Of a stretch of DNA of 64,000 bases, positions 39,679 to 55,538 are shown piece after piece. The notes under the pieces were generated by a model. The model searched no databases. It was not told the origin of the DNA and saw only the letters and a list, made by a program, of their open reading frames with translations. Position numbers and translations under genes: made by a program. The DNA is taken from NCBI RefSeq assembly GCF_009914755.1, contig NC_060947.1, one strand, 5' to 3'. Position 1 is the stretch's first letter, and each line of letters begins with the position of its first letter. This DNA comes from the human T2T-CHM13v2.0 reference genome, Homo sapiens.

Positions 39679-42079
39679 CTAATCTCTTCTGGCTTGTAGG
39701 GTTTCTGCTATTAGCCTGATGAAGCCCCCTTTGTAGGTGACCTGCCCTTTATCTCTAGCTACCTTTAACATTCTTTCTTTCATTTTGACCTTGGGAAGTC
39801 TGATGAGTATGTTTCTTGGGATGATCATCTTGTGTTGAATCTTGCAGGGATTGTCTGTAGTTCCCAAATTTGACTGTTGGCATCTCTAGTAAGGTTGGAG
39901 AAGTTTTCACGTATGATATCTTGAAATATATTTTCCAAGTTGTTTGCTTTCTCTCCCTTCCTTTCAGAAATGCCAATGATTTGTAGCTTTGCCCTCTTTA
40001 CATAACCCCATATTACTCAGAGGTTTTGTTTGTTCCTTTTTATTCTTTTTTCTTTATTTTTGTCTTATTTCAGAGAGCCAGTCTTCAAGTTCTGAGATTC
40101 TTTCCTCAGCTTGGTCTATTCAGCTGTTAATAGTTGTGACTGCATTGTGAAATTCTTGTCTTGTGTTTTTCAGCTCTATCAGATCTGTTAGTTTCCTTTT
40201 TTATACTGGCTATTTCATCTGTCAGCTCCTGTATCATTTTATTGTGATTCTTAGTTTCCTTGAATTGGGCTTTGGCATTCTCCTAAATCTGAATGATCTT
40301 TCCTACCCATATTCTGCATTCTATTTGTTATTTCAGCCAATTCAGTCTGGTTAAGAACCCTTGTTGGAGAACTAGTGTGATCATTTGGAGGACATAAGAC
40401 ACTCTAGCCATTTGAGTTGCCAGAGTTCTTACATTGGTTCTTTCTCATCTCTGTGTGTGGGTCTTCCTTTCACTGCTTGGCTGCCTCTGATTGAAGTGGT
40501 CAGGCAGGGGCAGGGTGGTTGTGCTGCAGTCCTAGGTCGAGTGGCCCTGACTAGTGAGAAGTGAGGACTGCGAACTGCATGGAGAACAGACTTTTCCATG
40601 AGGTGGGTTCTCTGTGCTAGGGGTCCAGACCAGTCTTTAGTCCTCATGGACTCTCCAAAGCCTGGAGACAGCGAGAGTGAGGGCTGCAAGACAGCAAAGA
40701 GGGCAACCTGCGCCTCCCACTGGGAGCTCTGTCCCAGGGAGCTGCAGAGCTGCTACTGGCTTGATAGGCCCAGCAGAGGGTGGCTGGAGGCCCAGGTTGG
40801 GAGGACTCACCCAGTGAGGAAATATAGGATTGAGGACCCATATAACAGTCTGGCCACTTTTCAATAGGGCTGAGATGCAGTATGCTGGGGGTCTGCTCCA
40901 GTCCCTAATCACTTCAGATTTTCCAGCACCTAAGGTATCGACAGTGAAGGCTGTGAAACAGCAAAGATGGCGGCCTGTCCCTCTCTCTGGGAGCTCCATC
41001 CCAGGTAGGTATGGACTTGTTGCTGGCCTGAACACACCAGTAAGGATGGTTGTAGGCTTCGGTTGGGAGATTCTGCCCAGTGAAGAGAAACGGGATCCAG
41101 CACCCATGTGAAAAGGCAGTCTGGCTGATTCTTTGTAGAGCTGCTGTACTGTGGCAGTTGACTGCTCTAGTCAGTCAACTGGAACAGCAAAGATGGCTAC
41201 CCATCCCTCCCCTGGGAGCTCCATCCCAGGGAGGCTCAGAACCACTGACAGCTGGAAAACCCCGGCAAGTGTGGCTGGTGACCCCAGTCAGGAGGTCCCA
41301 CCCAGTGAGGAGAAGTAGGGTGAGGGACCCATGTAAAAAAAGCAGTCTGACTGGTTTACCAAAGGGTGGCTGCACTGAAGGCAATAACAGCAAAGATGGT
41401 AGCTTGCCCTCCCTCTGGGAGCTCCGTCTTAGGGAGGTGTAACACTGCTATTGGTGGCTGGTTAAAGTTCCAAGCCAGTGGGTCTTATCCTGCAAGGTTC
41501 CATGGAAGTAGGGTCTGCAGACCATCACTGCTCAGCCTCCTGGATTCAGCCCCTTTTCTAGAGGTATGTATGGGAGGGGGGGTCTAACCTCCAGGTTTGC
41601 TGGAGTTGCAGCCTCTTTTGCTGGGAAGCCCGGATATCTAAAGCTCCCAGGGCTCCACGTGTGCCTTACCAGCTGCTCTGCCAAGACTCCACATAGCTTT
41701 GTGTGTCAGACTGCAGGCCCTGGTGGAGTGGGTTCACTAAGGGATCTCCTGACCCAAGGGTTGCAAAGATCCATGAAAAAAAGCATGTGTCTTCAGTGTT
41801 GCTCACTCATTCACCACTTCCCTGGGTGAGGGAGGTTCCCCTGGCTCCATGTCACTCCTGGCTGGATGGTCATCCTGCCTTGATTTTCTCCATTCTCTGT
41901 GGGTTGGATTGTTTCCCTGATAAATCCCAATGCATGTACCTGGATGTTTCAGTTAAAGGTGCTGTATCTACTTGCCACTTCTCTCCATGAAAGCAGCACG
42001 CATTAGCTGCTTCTAGTTGGCCATCTTGGCCAGCCTCCCCGAAACTGATGTTTTGAGAAAATTTAAGAAATGTGCTTTC

Positions 42080-42360
42080 TGTCTTCAGATCCTTAAAGAG
42101 CTATCACAAAAGAGTGAAATGAAATGTGTTTAGTTAGACCACAATGGAAAGTAACGTGAGGGAGGAAGACTGTAGCTCAACATGTAGACTGATAGATTTG
42201 TCCAAAGATGAAACGGGTGCTATAAGAAGAGCATAGGGAAAACAGTGAGCTCCCCATCAATAGAAGTACTAAAGCAGTGGCTGGGCAAAACTTCAGCAAC
42301 ATTAAAGAACAGGTTTAAACATTGGATGGAGAAGCTGGACTAGATAATTTTAACTCTATG
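42080..42360 (+). mobile_element. L3/CR1 or MIR3-type 3' fragment
   Basis: cagtgagctccccatcaatagaagtactaaagcagtggctgg...ggactagata, resembling the CR1/MIR3 3' end. Confidence 0.45.
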
Positions 42361-43114
42361 TGACAGTAAGAAAATCACTTGTACAAATCTTAAACCAATT
42401 CAATGAGCTTTAAAAAAGACATAAAAGAAAACACAGCAAAGCTAATAAAACTGGGTCCCGCTCAGGCTACCCAGCCATGTGCGTGAGAAAAAGAAAAACA
42501 GAACACATTCGTACAGTCTGACACAAAGTACAGCCTTTAATATGGGCCCATAGCAACAAGGAGCATGGTCTTTGTATGGACTCAAGTCATGTTGGGCATG
42601 TTTTTATAAAGCACAGAGAGATTTGTCAGGAACAAGAGGCTTAGGGCACTGGAGGAATGCTGTAGGTTTTTGAAAATCTTAAAGAACTGATCTATAGTTT
42701 TTTTTTTTTCTCAGCCAAAATCATGATAGTGTCTCCAAAGCAATTAAGATACATGCAAACTGGCCTAGGAAGATGAGGGTTCATGCCCTTAGCACCTTGG
42801 CACCACCTCTTTCCCATCAAAACAAAAACAAAAACAAAACACCTGTGTTTCCTTTCAGAAGGCTCTGCCACATATCTCCAGGACTCGGTACAGAGTTTGA
42901 AAGCTGGATAAAATGACACTCTACTTGTCTGGATTTTATTGCCTGCTGTACTCTTCAATTTCCCTTCTAGCCCAGGTTCGATTACAATCAAGGTATGCAG
43001 AAGGCACACAACATGCAATGAACCTGCTACAGTGCCAATTAAGTGCAAATATAACCTGAAAATTAAAAGGAAAATCAAATGCCAACACTATGAAAAGAAA
43101 CTACAGAGAAATAA

Positions 43115-44557
<1,443 letters not shown>

Positions 44558-45269
44558 AAATAAAGGCAAAGAGAATAAAAGAACCTGTTTTTAGCCTAGC
44601 AATGCAGCTCCAGTTTTGTTATATAACATTCTATCGTCCCACACATCTGCATACTCTATACCTTTATCAAAATTTGCATACTCTATACCTTTATCAAATT
44701 GGTTGTTTTAGTATATTTATAATCAATATGTCTTATAAAGTTGATTTCATAAATTTATTTAGTGGCATATGGCTGCTCTGGGTTTCTAAGACAACAAATG
44801 TACTTTGCCTTAGCCACCCAGTATCTCATGACTGGTCGCGATCTTCAGGTCTTGAATTTGGGTACTGACAGTACTGAGGTAGTTTTGGCCTAGGGAATGG
44901 CTCCAGCATGAAGGTGGTGGTGGTGGCTAACATTAGAGGTTAGTTTGAAATCCCTGATTTCAGCTGTATAATCTGGGCTGTGGAATAAAAAGTCTTAAAT
45001 CAACCTTAGGGATATTGTCTAAAAGTAGCTACCTGTTACTGCTAAACATTCTCTCAGTGTCTAGTACAGGGCTTAGTAGTTTAGTTTCTTTCTCTCTACA
45101 CCTATTTTGGTTCCAAAGGCATACGGTATATAATATAATAATAATAGTGAAAATGATAATAATAGCTAATATTTAAGTAGTGTTATCTTCTTTTGGAGCT
45201 GGGTAGAGGTGAGGGTGGGGAGAAAGGGAAATTAATCAGTATTGAATGAAATCACTAGGCTGCTTTCTG

Positions 45270-45500
45270 GTCTCTGTCTTCCACTTAGTAGCTATGTGAT
45301 GCTGGATAAATCACTGAAACTCTCCAAGCTCCAGTTTCCTTATCTGTCTAATAAAAATAATAGTTACCTCATAGGCTTACATGGTTATACAATTTTTACA
45401 TACAAATAAAATTTAACTCTCACTCTGTGTGTGTGTGTGTGTGTATGTGTAAAGAAGTACAGTACCTGGCTCATAGTGGGTCCACAAAAGTGGTAGTACT
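45270..45500 (+). mobile_element. MIR interrupted by (TG)n
   Basis: ccacttagtagctatgtgatgctggataaatcactgaaactctcc...cagtttccttatctgt. Confidence 0.7.
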
Positions 45501-46829
45501 TATCTTCTTCTCCCTCTTCACCACTCAGAGTACCATTTAAAGAATTCCTGATAGGATACTCTTAAATTGTGAAGTGGAATCCCCAGGATCCTGTGGTAAT
45601 TCAAGGAGGGGGACACAGAAACCAGTGCTCAAAGCAACTAAGCAGAACTACAAGAATGGGGAGAACTACCTGAATGGGGCAATCAGGTCCTTCCTTCATC
45701 TTTTCTGTTGATCTCTAAGACATTTTGTGGTGCCAAAAGCAATGGGAATGATAAAGTTCCTACAGCCTATATAGTGTCTGCAAATATTTGCTGAATGGAG
45801 ACAGAGCCGTGGAACATTGTGGGATATGGTTTAGGATAAATTGAAAAACCTTGCCTTCTGCCATGCAGTCAAGCTCCTCCACTACAGTGTGGATGGTTTC
45901 ACATGGCCCTAGTATAATCCTACTTTTTATCCCACCATTTTCTACCTCTCCCCACCAGGGCTATCCTGGAAGACCATATTTTGCTTTTCCCCAACATCTT
46001 AACAAACTTATTCTATCAAAACTCAAAACAGCCTGAAGTGGAATCCAGAATCCATTCAGGTTTTTAGGTGGAGAGGCAGGTCAGAGGAGAGAGGAACCAA
46101 TGTTTTCTGCCCCTGAAAGCTGATGACAAAAGTCTCTGCTACTTTTTCTCTCCAGCCCCTCCTTGGGGAAAGAAAGAAACACCTCAATTTCCATGACCTG
46201 CTCCATTTAGTCTCCTTTAACCAATGACAGTTTCAATCTTGGTTATTACTCCATCCAGTTATGCAACAAGCAGAAAGCAGACCTTGATATGATATCTTTA
46301 GAGTCATCTGTTCCTTGCAGAAATGGTGGAAGCAGGACCTTCTGAAAAAATATATTAGTCATTAAGGCTTTTACTTTAAAGTCCTCAACTTCTTACCTCT
46401 TCAGGTATCCACTGTCCTCATGTCTTTCAAATGCTTATCCAGCTTCTTATTCAAATTTTTAAAAAGGCCCCTATTTCTTGGGGAAATAACTGGGGGGTGG
46501 GGGAAATCAAGCTACAATTATACTTTTTAGCAAGAAAAAAAGAAATCAGATGGTGATGAAATCTCAGGAGAAAACATAGATTAAAGTCTGCACTTTCTAA
46601 ATCTGTTACTTAACTAAACACATCTGTTAAAAATGATGTCTGTGCTGCACATGTATATCTATAATAGTGCTAGCATTAGTATTCAGATAGGATGTAGGTA
46701 ACCTGCCCCATTTTAAAGATATGCTCTCAGAAAAACTTTCTCCCAGAGTTGGGGACTGGGGGATTCTACAAGGATCCATCCACAAGCTCACCTGGTTACA
46801 CTATATGTCCACAATATGGGAAGGAAAGA

Positions 46830-47045
46830 TTAATGTTTATTGAGTGATCCTCTACTAAGCACTTTAAATATATTTATTACTTTAATTCAAACAATGGTCT
46901 TACAAGATAGTTATTACTATCTCCTTTAATATATAAGGAAACTGAGACTCAGTAAAAGTTAAGTAACTCTTTCAGGCCCACCTGCCTAGCAGGAGGGGAA
47001 TCAGGATTCAAACCTAACATTGAGTTAGTACAAAGCTCATGGTCC
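46830..47045 (-). mobile_element. MIR
   Basis: aatgtttattgagtg...aaggaaactgagactcag...aagttaagtaact...ggattcaaacc. Confidence 0.7.
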
Positions 47046-47230
47046 TGCTATTCAATCACAGGCTTTTGAGATGTCTGGGCTGAGAGCTAGGGTTCAGTCT
47101 TTGGTGGGGCCATCAAGGTGGACTGACTCGCCCCAAGACTGGTAGGGCAACCTTCAACTCATTATATGCTGCTCTATACAATCAAGTTGAACTCTTTACA
47201 TATAAAACATCCTTTAAAAGAAAAGTAATG

Positions 47231-47631
<401 letters not shown>

Positions 47632-50046
47632 TCAAACTTATCAAAAGAACACAATAGTGTCTTATCTATGAACAGCTTTTTGCACATCTTAGAAAGTCAT
47701 ACTTTTTATTTTTTCCAATGCTACTTCTAACTAAAGTTAAGGAATTTATAAGTGAATATGGTAACAGGATTATAGAGGGCTTTACAGTTTAATAAAACTA
47801 TCATATCCATCCTACCACTTGAAAATCATTACACTGTGAGAGGAAAATAATTATCATCTTGATTTACAGATGAGAAAACTAAGGACAAGGGAAGTAATAA
47901 TATATTACTTTATCACCTTAGTAATGGCTTTATCACCTTAGTACGTGGCCCTGTAAAATAAAGATGAAGATCCCTGTCATTTCTACTTAACAGGGCTGTT
48001 GGGGGCTCAGATGAGAGAAATAATGAATGTAAGAGTGCTTAATGTCATCAGCTACTTTGAAAGAAATCAGACCTTTGGAGCCTAGAAGAGTTATAGTCAG
48101 TTTTAAATAAATATTCTGTGGATCATGCATTCTGTTGTCACTTATGATACATCGTCATATCAACTCAAAACATTCTTTGTGAAGAAATAAGATGACAGCT
48201 CACCTTAAAATGTGCTCTGTAGCTCTTTGATACTTTAGGTAAGTACTTTTAAAAATTAGTTGAGAATAAGATGAATGTGATGATATTGCTGACTATATTA
48301 CATAGCCTCTTTCCTCTGAACTCTAAGGATCACTAGGGTCCAAAGGAAACAGCTTCATTTAAAGGCCAAGATACCACCAGTAAGAAGGCAGGAATAGTGA
48401 GTAAGATGATGAGTCAAAGGATAGAGAGGTGCAGCAAAATATCTCCTAACATCTGCCATTATGGGGTGAGGAATGAAGAAAACTGCACACTCACATTTTG
48501 ATCTTTTCCCAGTGCCAGTGACAGCTTAATTACCACTCATTATATACTAAGATAAAAATATCATTATGTGCCTAGATCAAATGAGTCCACTATTAGGCCA
48601 CCTATGGACTAAGCAGTGTCATTCTGGCCCCTGTTAAAATATTTTTTTGGGGGGAGAAAGGAGACTGTTATCCTGACCCACGTTGTTTTTTCCCCCACAT
48701 CAGCTAATGGATAAGCAGACCCAAGTTGTTTTTATTCCTTGCTTCCTGCCTTATTCCTTTCTAGCTCCTTTTCATTTTTTGCTCCAATCATTTTCCAATT
48801 TTCTTGTCTCAACCAGTTCTGTACTGTCATTTACCTCTTCTCACAAAATGTTCCAGCATATTTACAACAATTCTGAAATAATTGCACCACACTCAGATAT
48901 GGCATTCTCATCTCCACCTATTCCATAATATGTCCAAATTGATGTTTTTGCCAGGATACTGGGCCTTGAAAAGGTGAAGGCCAGTATTATTATAAAGACA
49001 GAGCCGTAAATATGATCAAGTAATTAAAGATCCAGAACCCCTATGGAGACTATCTAATAAAGGGCATCTTGCCATTTGCAAAAACATCACAGAATCAGTT
49101 TAGAGCCTGCTATTTTGTTGATGCCTTGAACACTACCAAGATTGCTCTACCAGAGAGGCAGTCTTAGGTTCTTGGAATATGAAGAACTGAGATTAAGGAG
49201 CTGGAGATTTCCAGCCAATGGGTATGAAGGGCTGAATATTTTTTAGGTGGGTTAACATGACAAAGTTTGCTGCTACTTCTTACCCCTAATCTCACCCAAG
49301 TGGACTAGGGTTCAATCCTGTTGCCTCAGAGCGACAGCTCTACCTACTGACACTAAAATCTGTGCAGTCACCCAAATTGTTGTCACCGAGAAGCCATAGA
49401 AAGATAAGGCAATATTGTGACTTGATTCCATTTTGATGGAGAGGTCACAGTAGGCTCATTGCTAAATTACTGTGAAGAATAGTGTGTCACCTTAGAGCCA
49501 ATGATCTCCAAACATTTAATTGCAGCAAGTGATTTATTTGGTATTTTCTGTATGATTTATTTATACTGAAAACACATTTTATGTATTTACTTATTCATTT
49601 AACCATAAAAGTGATAAAGGACAAGGGGACAAGATATATAGAATTTTACCTGGAAAAGGCATCATGGCCTTTGTACTCCCTTTAGATAAAATTCTGGCCC
49701 TGTTGAACAAAGAAGGAAACCCATCCAAGTAGAAGGGGAATTTCTCCCAAAATGTGAGCATGTCATCATTTCTCCATGTACCTTAAGTAAATGAAGAATG
49801 TTTGTGTGTCTGATATGCATGAACAGGCGGCACAGACAGTGTTTGCAGGTGAATGGCAATAAACAGCTCTCATTATCAATGCCTCCCATATGGTATCTTT
49901 CATTCCTTCTTGAGCGTTTCCAAGTGAAGCTACACCATAATCAAGGTCCATGGGGAAATATAGGGATGAAGATGAATGAGTTAAACTGGAGTCACATCAC
50001 CCTTAGGAGTGGGATCACTTTATTCCTAGAAAAGTAGGATTATCTT

Positions 50047-50371
<325 letters not shown>

Positions 50372-50679
50372 TTATCTTATATAACAATGAATGAGTCGAC
50401 TTTTCAAGATTAAAAATATGGCATTTCCCCAGGACCAGTTATACGTTAGACTTACTAGTTACTGACCATTTCTCCAACATAACCTTAGCCCAGTTGTATG
50501 CAGTCAAGTAAACTGAAACCCAGGCTGCTATTTTAGCAGCTGCTGATGGGGCTGGGTTAAATTCTACACATTAGCGACTACTTAAACAACAAGCTGGGGG
50601 AAATGTTTGCTGCTTTTAGATGAGTGCAAGTTTAAGTTCCAACACTAAGTTGACCTATCCCCTCTAATGATAAGGATAT

Positions 50680-50850
50680 TAACATCTATCAATTACCTGC
50701 TGTGTGCTAGAAACTTTATGTTGATATACATTTAACCCTTACAAAAACCCTGTGAAGTAGGTAGGAATTAGCATTACTATATTATAAATGAGAAGCTCTA
50801 AAGCTTCTCAGAGAGTTTAAGTAACTTGCTCAGAGTCACACAGCTTTACC
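50680..50850 (-). mobile_element. MIR (source of the 204-bp duplication)
   Basis: catttaacccttacaaaaaccctgtgaagtagg...gagagtttaagtaacttgctcagagtcacacagct. Confidence 0.75.
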
Positions 50851-50902
50851 ATCATTATAGGCCAATATGCTCAGGTCAGAATAGACATTTTTGACCCTGT
50901 TT

Positions 50903-51130
50903 AAATTTTTAAAATTGATATATCATAGTTGTACATACTTTTGGGGTACACGTGATAATTTGATACATGTATACAATGTGTAATGATCAAGTCAGGGTAA
51001 TTGAGATATCCATCACCTCCAACATTCATCTTTTCTTTGTGTTGGGAACATTACAATTTTTCTCTTCTAGATATTTAAAAATATACAATAAATTACTGTT
51101 AAATATAATTTCCCTACTGTACTATCGAAT
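50903..51130 (-). mobile_element. L1MA-type 3' end fragment
   Basis: gttgtacatacttttggggtacacgtgataatttgatacatgtatacaatgtgtaatgatcaagtcagggtaatt. Confidence 0.8.
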
Positions 51131-52009
51131 CACATATAGGCAGTTTAAGGAGGGAAGAGATGCATGTGTGTGTCAAAGTGAACAGCAGTTTCCTGAGTAA
51201 CTATAAGAATACATTGCTACTTCAATATTTTTCTCGTTTTCCATGTAATTTCCCCTTAGTTTACAGTCTTTTTGTGCTGGTGTTTTGCTCAGTTTGTCTT
51301 TTGTACTGTTAAAATATGCCCCAACAGACAGATAAAATGGACTCCCTGTGGCTAAAATGAGACACACCAAAAACAGAATCTCATGGCCAGCAGGATTGGG
51401 GCTTAGTTAAGTATTTCTGTGTTATTAACTGCCATAAGCTTTTTCCCCTGTAATTAAGCAGAAACCAGCTCCCAAAAAGCATTACTGAAACAACTACAGC
51501 TGGAAAATTTCCCAGTTGACCGAGATAGACTGCCTGATGCCAACCTATTGAATCCACTGACCTCCACTCTCTATCCCAAGCCCCTGCCTTGCAGTCCCAC
51601 CACAGCTCTGATTGGACAGAGGACCTGTCTTATGAACATTTTTTACTGATAAATGGCTGCAGACCTTGAGCCAGTTTCAACCAACTTATAAAGACTGTGC
51701 ATGAACTTTGTGTCCTGTAGTTCACCTTTAGATGTAAAGAGCCAAATTCCACCTCATTTTAATACTAAAACCTCACCCCAAAGTGAACATGAAATGCATG
51801 CTACATACATGTTTACCCACTGTGCATGGTGCCTGATTCCTCTTATAAATATTCATAGATTTTTCCCAACCTAACTCAATTATGTATGGATGGCTGACCC
51901 CAGCTCCTTGCCCCTTCTGTGGGGCTTGTACTGAAGCTGCACTCCCGGATCTACAGATTGTATCTCCTCTGAAAATAAAGTCTCCTTTCCTTCCTCCATG
52001 GATCTCATC

Positions 52010-52594
<585 letters not shown>

Positions 52595-52899
52595 TAACCC
52601 AGTCACATTAACACAAATGCTGGGTCCTCCAGCTCTGAGAAAGCCTGGAGAAGATTCTTGCACATTCTTGCTGCTGCAAATAGGTCAAGTTCAGACGCCA
52701 TTCACCAATTCATCTCTGGGAACTTATATCTTAAGCCTATAAGCTAACCATTTAAAGTTAAAAATTTGTTTCCAACAAATAGATATGTTTTTCACTAAAA
52801 TCACCTATGATGCCAGAGTTCTGACTGATTGAGTAAGACGTAATCTGACCTTCTAAGCCCCAGTGTTCTTATTGTTCTCTTTTCTTTGGCCATATCTTG

Positions 52900-53560
52900 T
52901 TTTCAATCATCCTCTTCCATGACTACGACCACATCTTACAATGGAAGCTAACAAATGGGTTTCTGGTAGTAGGTGTCTGTCTCTGTTCTAATTCACCCTG
53001 CATGCTGCTTTTTAACACACTACTTTTTCAGCAGTCTCCTGGCTCAAGAACTCACAATGAGTCACCACTGCTTACTATATACAGTCAAGTCTCCTTTGCC
53101 AGGCCTTCAGGGACATCTATAATCTGGCTCTATCATACCTCAGCAGTCTTACGTGGCACCATGCACAACACCTGACATGTTCTTTCCAACTCAGAGGCTC
53201 CTGCCCTTACTTTCCCAACATAGGCAAGATCTCCCTGCCTTCTTCCTCTGTCTTTCTTAAGCTGAAAGGCCCAGCCCACCTTGACCTCTACTTTTCTGAA
53301 TGCCTTTTGCTCCACACTATTTGACACCTGATGCTATTTTGTCTTAGATTGTTTCATTTCTTCTAACAAAAGACTTAATTTTTCTGTTTTGTAGACCCAA
53401 CCAGAATATGAGCTCCTGGAAAGCAGGCTTTTAGGATTTTACATCTACCACCATACCCTGCCCCTAAACACATAGCTGGGCTGCAATAAGGGATCACTAG
53501 ATCCTTGCTGCTTGATTCCCTCAAAAATATTTCATTTGGTGAATCTGGGACACAGATTTA
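52900..53560 (+). mobile_element. L2 fragments
   Basis: ...tgagctcctggaaagcagg...cacatagctgg; aggcccagcccaccttgacctctacttttctgaatgcc. Confidence 0.5.
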
Positions 53561-53979
53561 TATAGTTTATACTTGGAAATGGCTGGGGGGATGTAGGTTC
53601 AATTATCATTTAAGTTTGTTACATTTTACTAATTGCCTTTATATACTTCCTCCGCCAAAGCCAGTCTGCTGTAATTATTCCTGGGCATTCGTTTGGGAAC
53701 TTCACCAAAATACCAAAGGAAAATAAAATCTAACCACATTCAAGTGATGTAATTGCTACTGGTCTTTGTATCAAACACAGATAAAGGTTAGGTTTTTGTC
53801 TTTCCTAATGTTAACTTTAATCAGTGTTCAGATGAACTGAACCTAAGCAAATGTGGGTCTATAAATAGGCCTGGAACTCTATATACCACATGATCTAGTT
53901 GGAGGCATGGTTCATGGATGTAATAAAAATTGTGTGCCTTTTGACATTTGTTGACTAATCTGATAAAACCATCTTACTG

Positions 53980-54280
53980 TTTTTTTTTTTTTTTCTTAGA
54001 GATGGGGTCTGGCTCTGTCACCCAGGCTGGAGTGCAGTGGCATGAATATGGCTCACTGGGCTTTACCTCCTGGGCTCAAGCAATCCTCCTGCCTCAGTCC
54101 CTCCCGGGACTACAGGCGTGTGCCACCATGCCTGGCTAATTTTTTTTTTTTTGTATTTTCTCTAGAGATGGGGTTTCGCTATGTTGCCCAGACTGGTCTC
54201 TAACTCCTGAGCTCAGGCAATCGGCCCGCTGTGGCCTCCCAAAGTGCTGTGATTACAGGCATGAGCCACTGCGCCTAGCC
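53980..54280 (-). mobile_element. Alu (J-type)
   Basis: cctcctgggctcaagcaatcctcc; CCATCTTA flanks. Confidence 0.9.
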
Positions 54281-55066
54281 CCATCTTAAAATTTTCACAG
54301 CACCTTATAGGCTATAAAATATTTCATATCTGTTATTTTATTTGATCTGTACAACAAAGCTATGAAGCATGTATTATCTCTTCTAGGGAAGATGAAACAA
54401 ACTCAGTCAGAGAAGTTAAGAAACCTACCAAAGCCTCAAGGCTAGGAAGTGGTAGAAACAAGACATGAATCCAAGGTGCAGAGAAGTTGGGCAGGGAAGG
54501 GAGAGTACAGCACAGTGGGGGCCCTGGGGACTCACCTGAACATGAGCTGTGTGATAGGTACTGTCAGATGAGACAAATATGAGTGATTATCCTTACCCTA
54601 AAGGTACATAAATGTGTGAGAATATAGAAAGCCTGGGCAACTGTTAAGTCCAAAATGAGGTCTTCAGACCTATGGTCCTTCCATTATTCCACACTGCCTC
54701 CCACAGTTCTGTTGCTAGGGCCCAGCTCCCACTTACCACATTCTAGCTCTTCTCCTTTTAGCTTTCAGAGGCCAGCTTTTGGCATCGTTACAAAGTAGAC
54801 TTTGATAAAGTTTCACTGCTCTCCGGAGAAATAGTAAGAGAATGTTAGCTGGAAATGAATATTGAGAGAGGTTGCTACGATCTCCTTTAGAGAGAACTGA
54901 ATCAGGTTAGTGGCATAAATCGATGAGGGCAGGAGTTTTGTATTTTTGTCTATTGCCAAATGTGCAGTTGGTATGGAACAACAAACCATAACGTTTGAAA
55001 AAGAGAGATCAGAGGAAGAGTGGAGGGAGAGGTGAAGGAGGAGAAGAGGGAGAAAGAACAAGAGGG

Positions 55067-55538
55067 AAGCCTTAGGTTTCCTTAGGTGTATGTGAAGCCT
55101 TAGGTGTATGTGAAAGCCTTAGGTGTATGTGAAATTTATACTAAGATTTTCCCTCTTACCAGGGTGTGGTGTAGCTCAGTTTCGTGGAGGCCAGTGGTTT
55201 ATGTGTATGTGAAATGTATGTGAAAGCCTTAGGTGTATGTGAAATGTATACTAAGATTTTCCCTCTTACCAGGGTGTGGTGTAGTTCAGTTTAGTGGAGG
55301 CCAGTGATTTATGTGTATGTGAAAGCCTTAGGTGTATGTGAAAGCCTTAGGTGTATGTGAAATTTATACTAAGATTTTCCCTCTTACCAGGATGTGGTGT
55401 AGCTCAGTTTAGTGGAGGCCAGTGGTTTATGTGTATGTGAAATGTATGTGAAAGCCTTAGGTGTATGTGAAATTTATACTAAGATTTTCCCTTTTACCAG
55501 GGTGTGGTGTAGCTCAGTTTAGTTGAGGCCAGTGGTTT
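55067..55538. repeat. Minisatellite with 4 long units (periods 110/118/110) plus 19-bp subunits
   Basis: Unit starts (aagccttaggtgtatgtgaaat..atactaagattttccc) at 55114, 55224, 55342 and 55452. Confidence 0.93.

Noticed and set aside
49620-50037. Repeat-free stretch with several overlapping short ORFs, a possible pseudogene or conserved element
   Set aside because: No protein recognised and no TSD or poly(A) seen; cannot be supported without an alignment.
55067-55538. Repeat array that superficially resembles a CRISPR array, with a tRNA-like GGTGTAGCTCAGT A-box in each unit
   Set aside because: The units are near-identical rather than unique spacers, there are no cas genes, and the DNA is primate. 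No B-box or cloverleaf follows the A-box-like motif.
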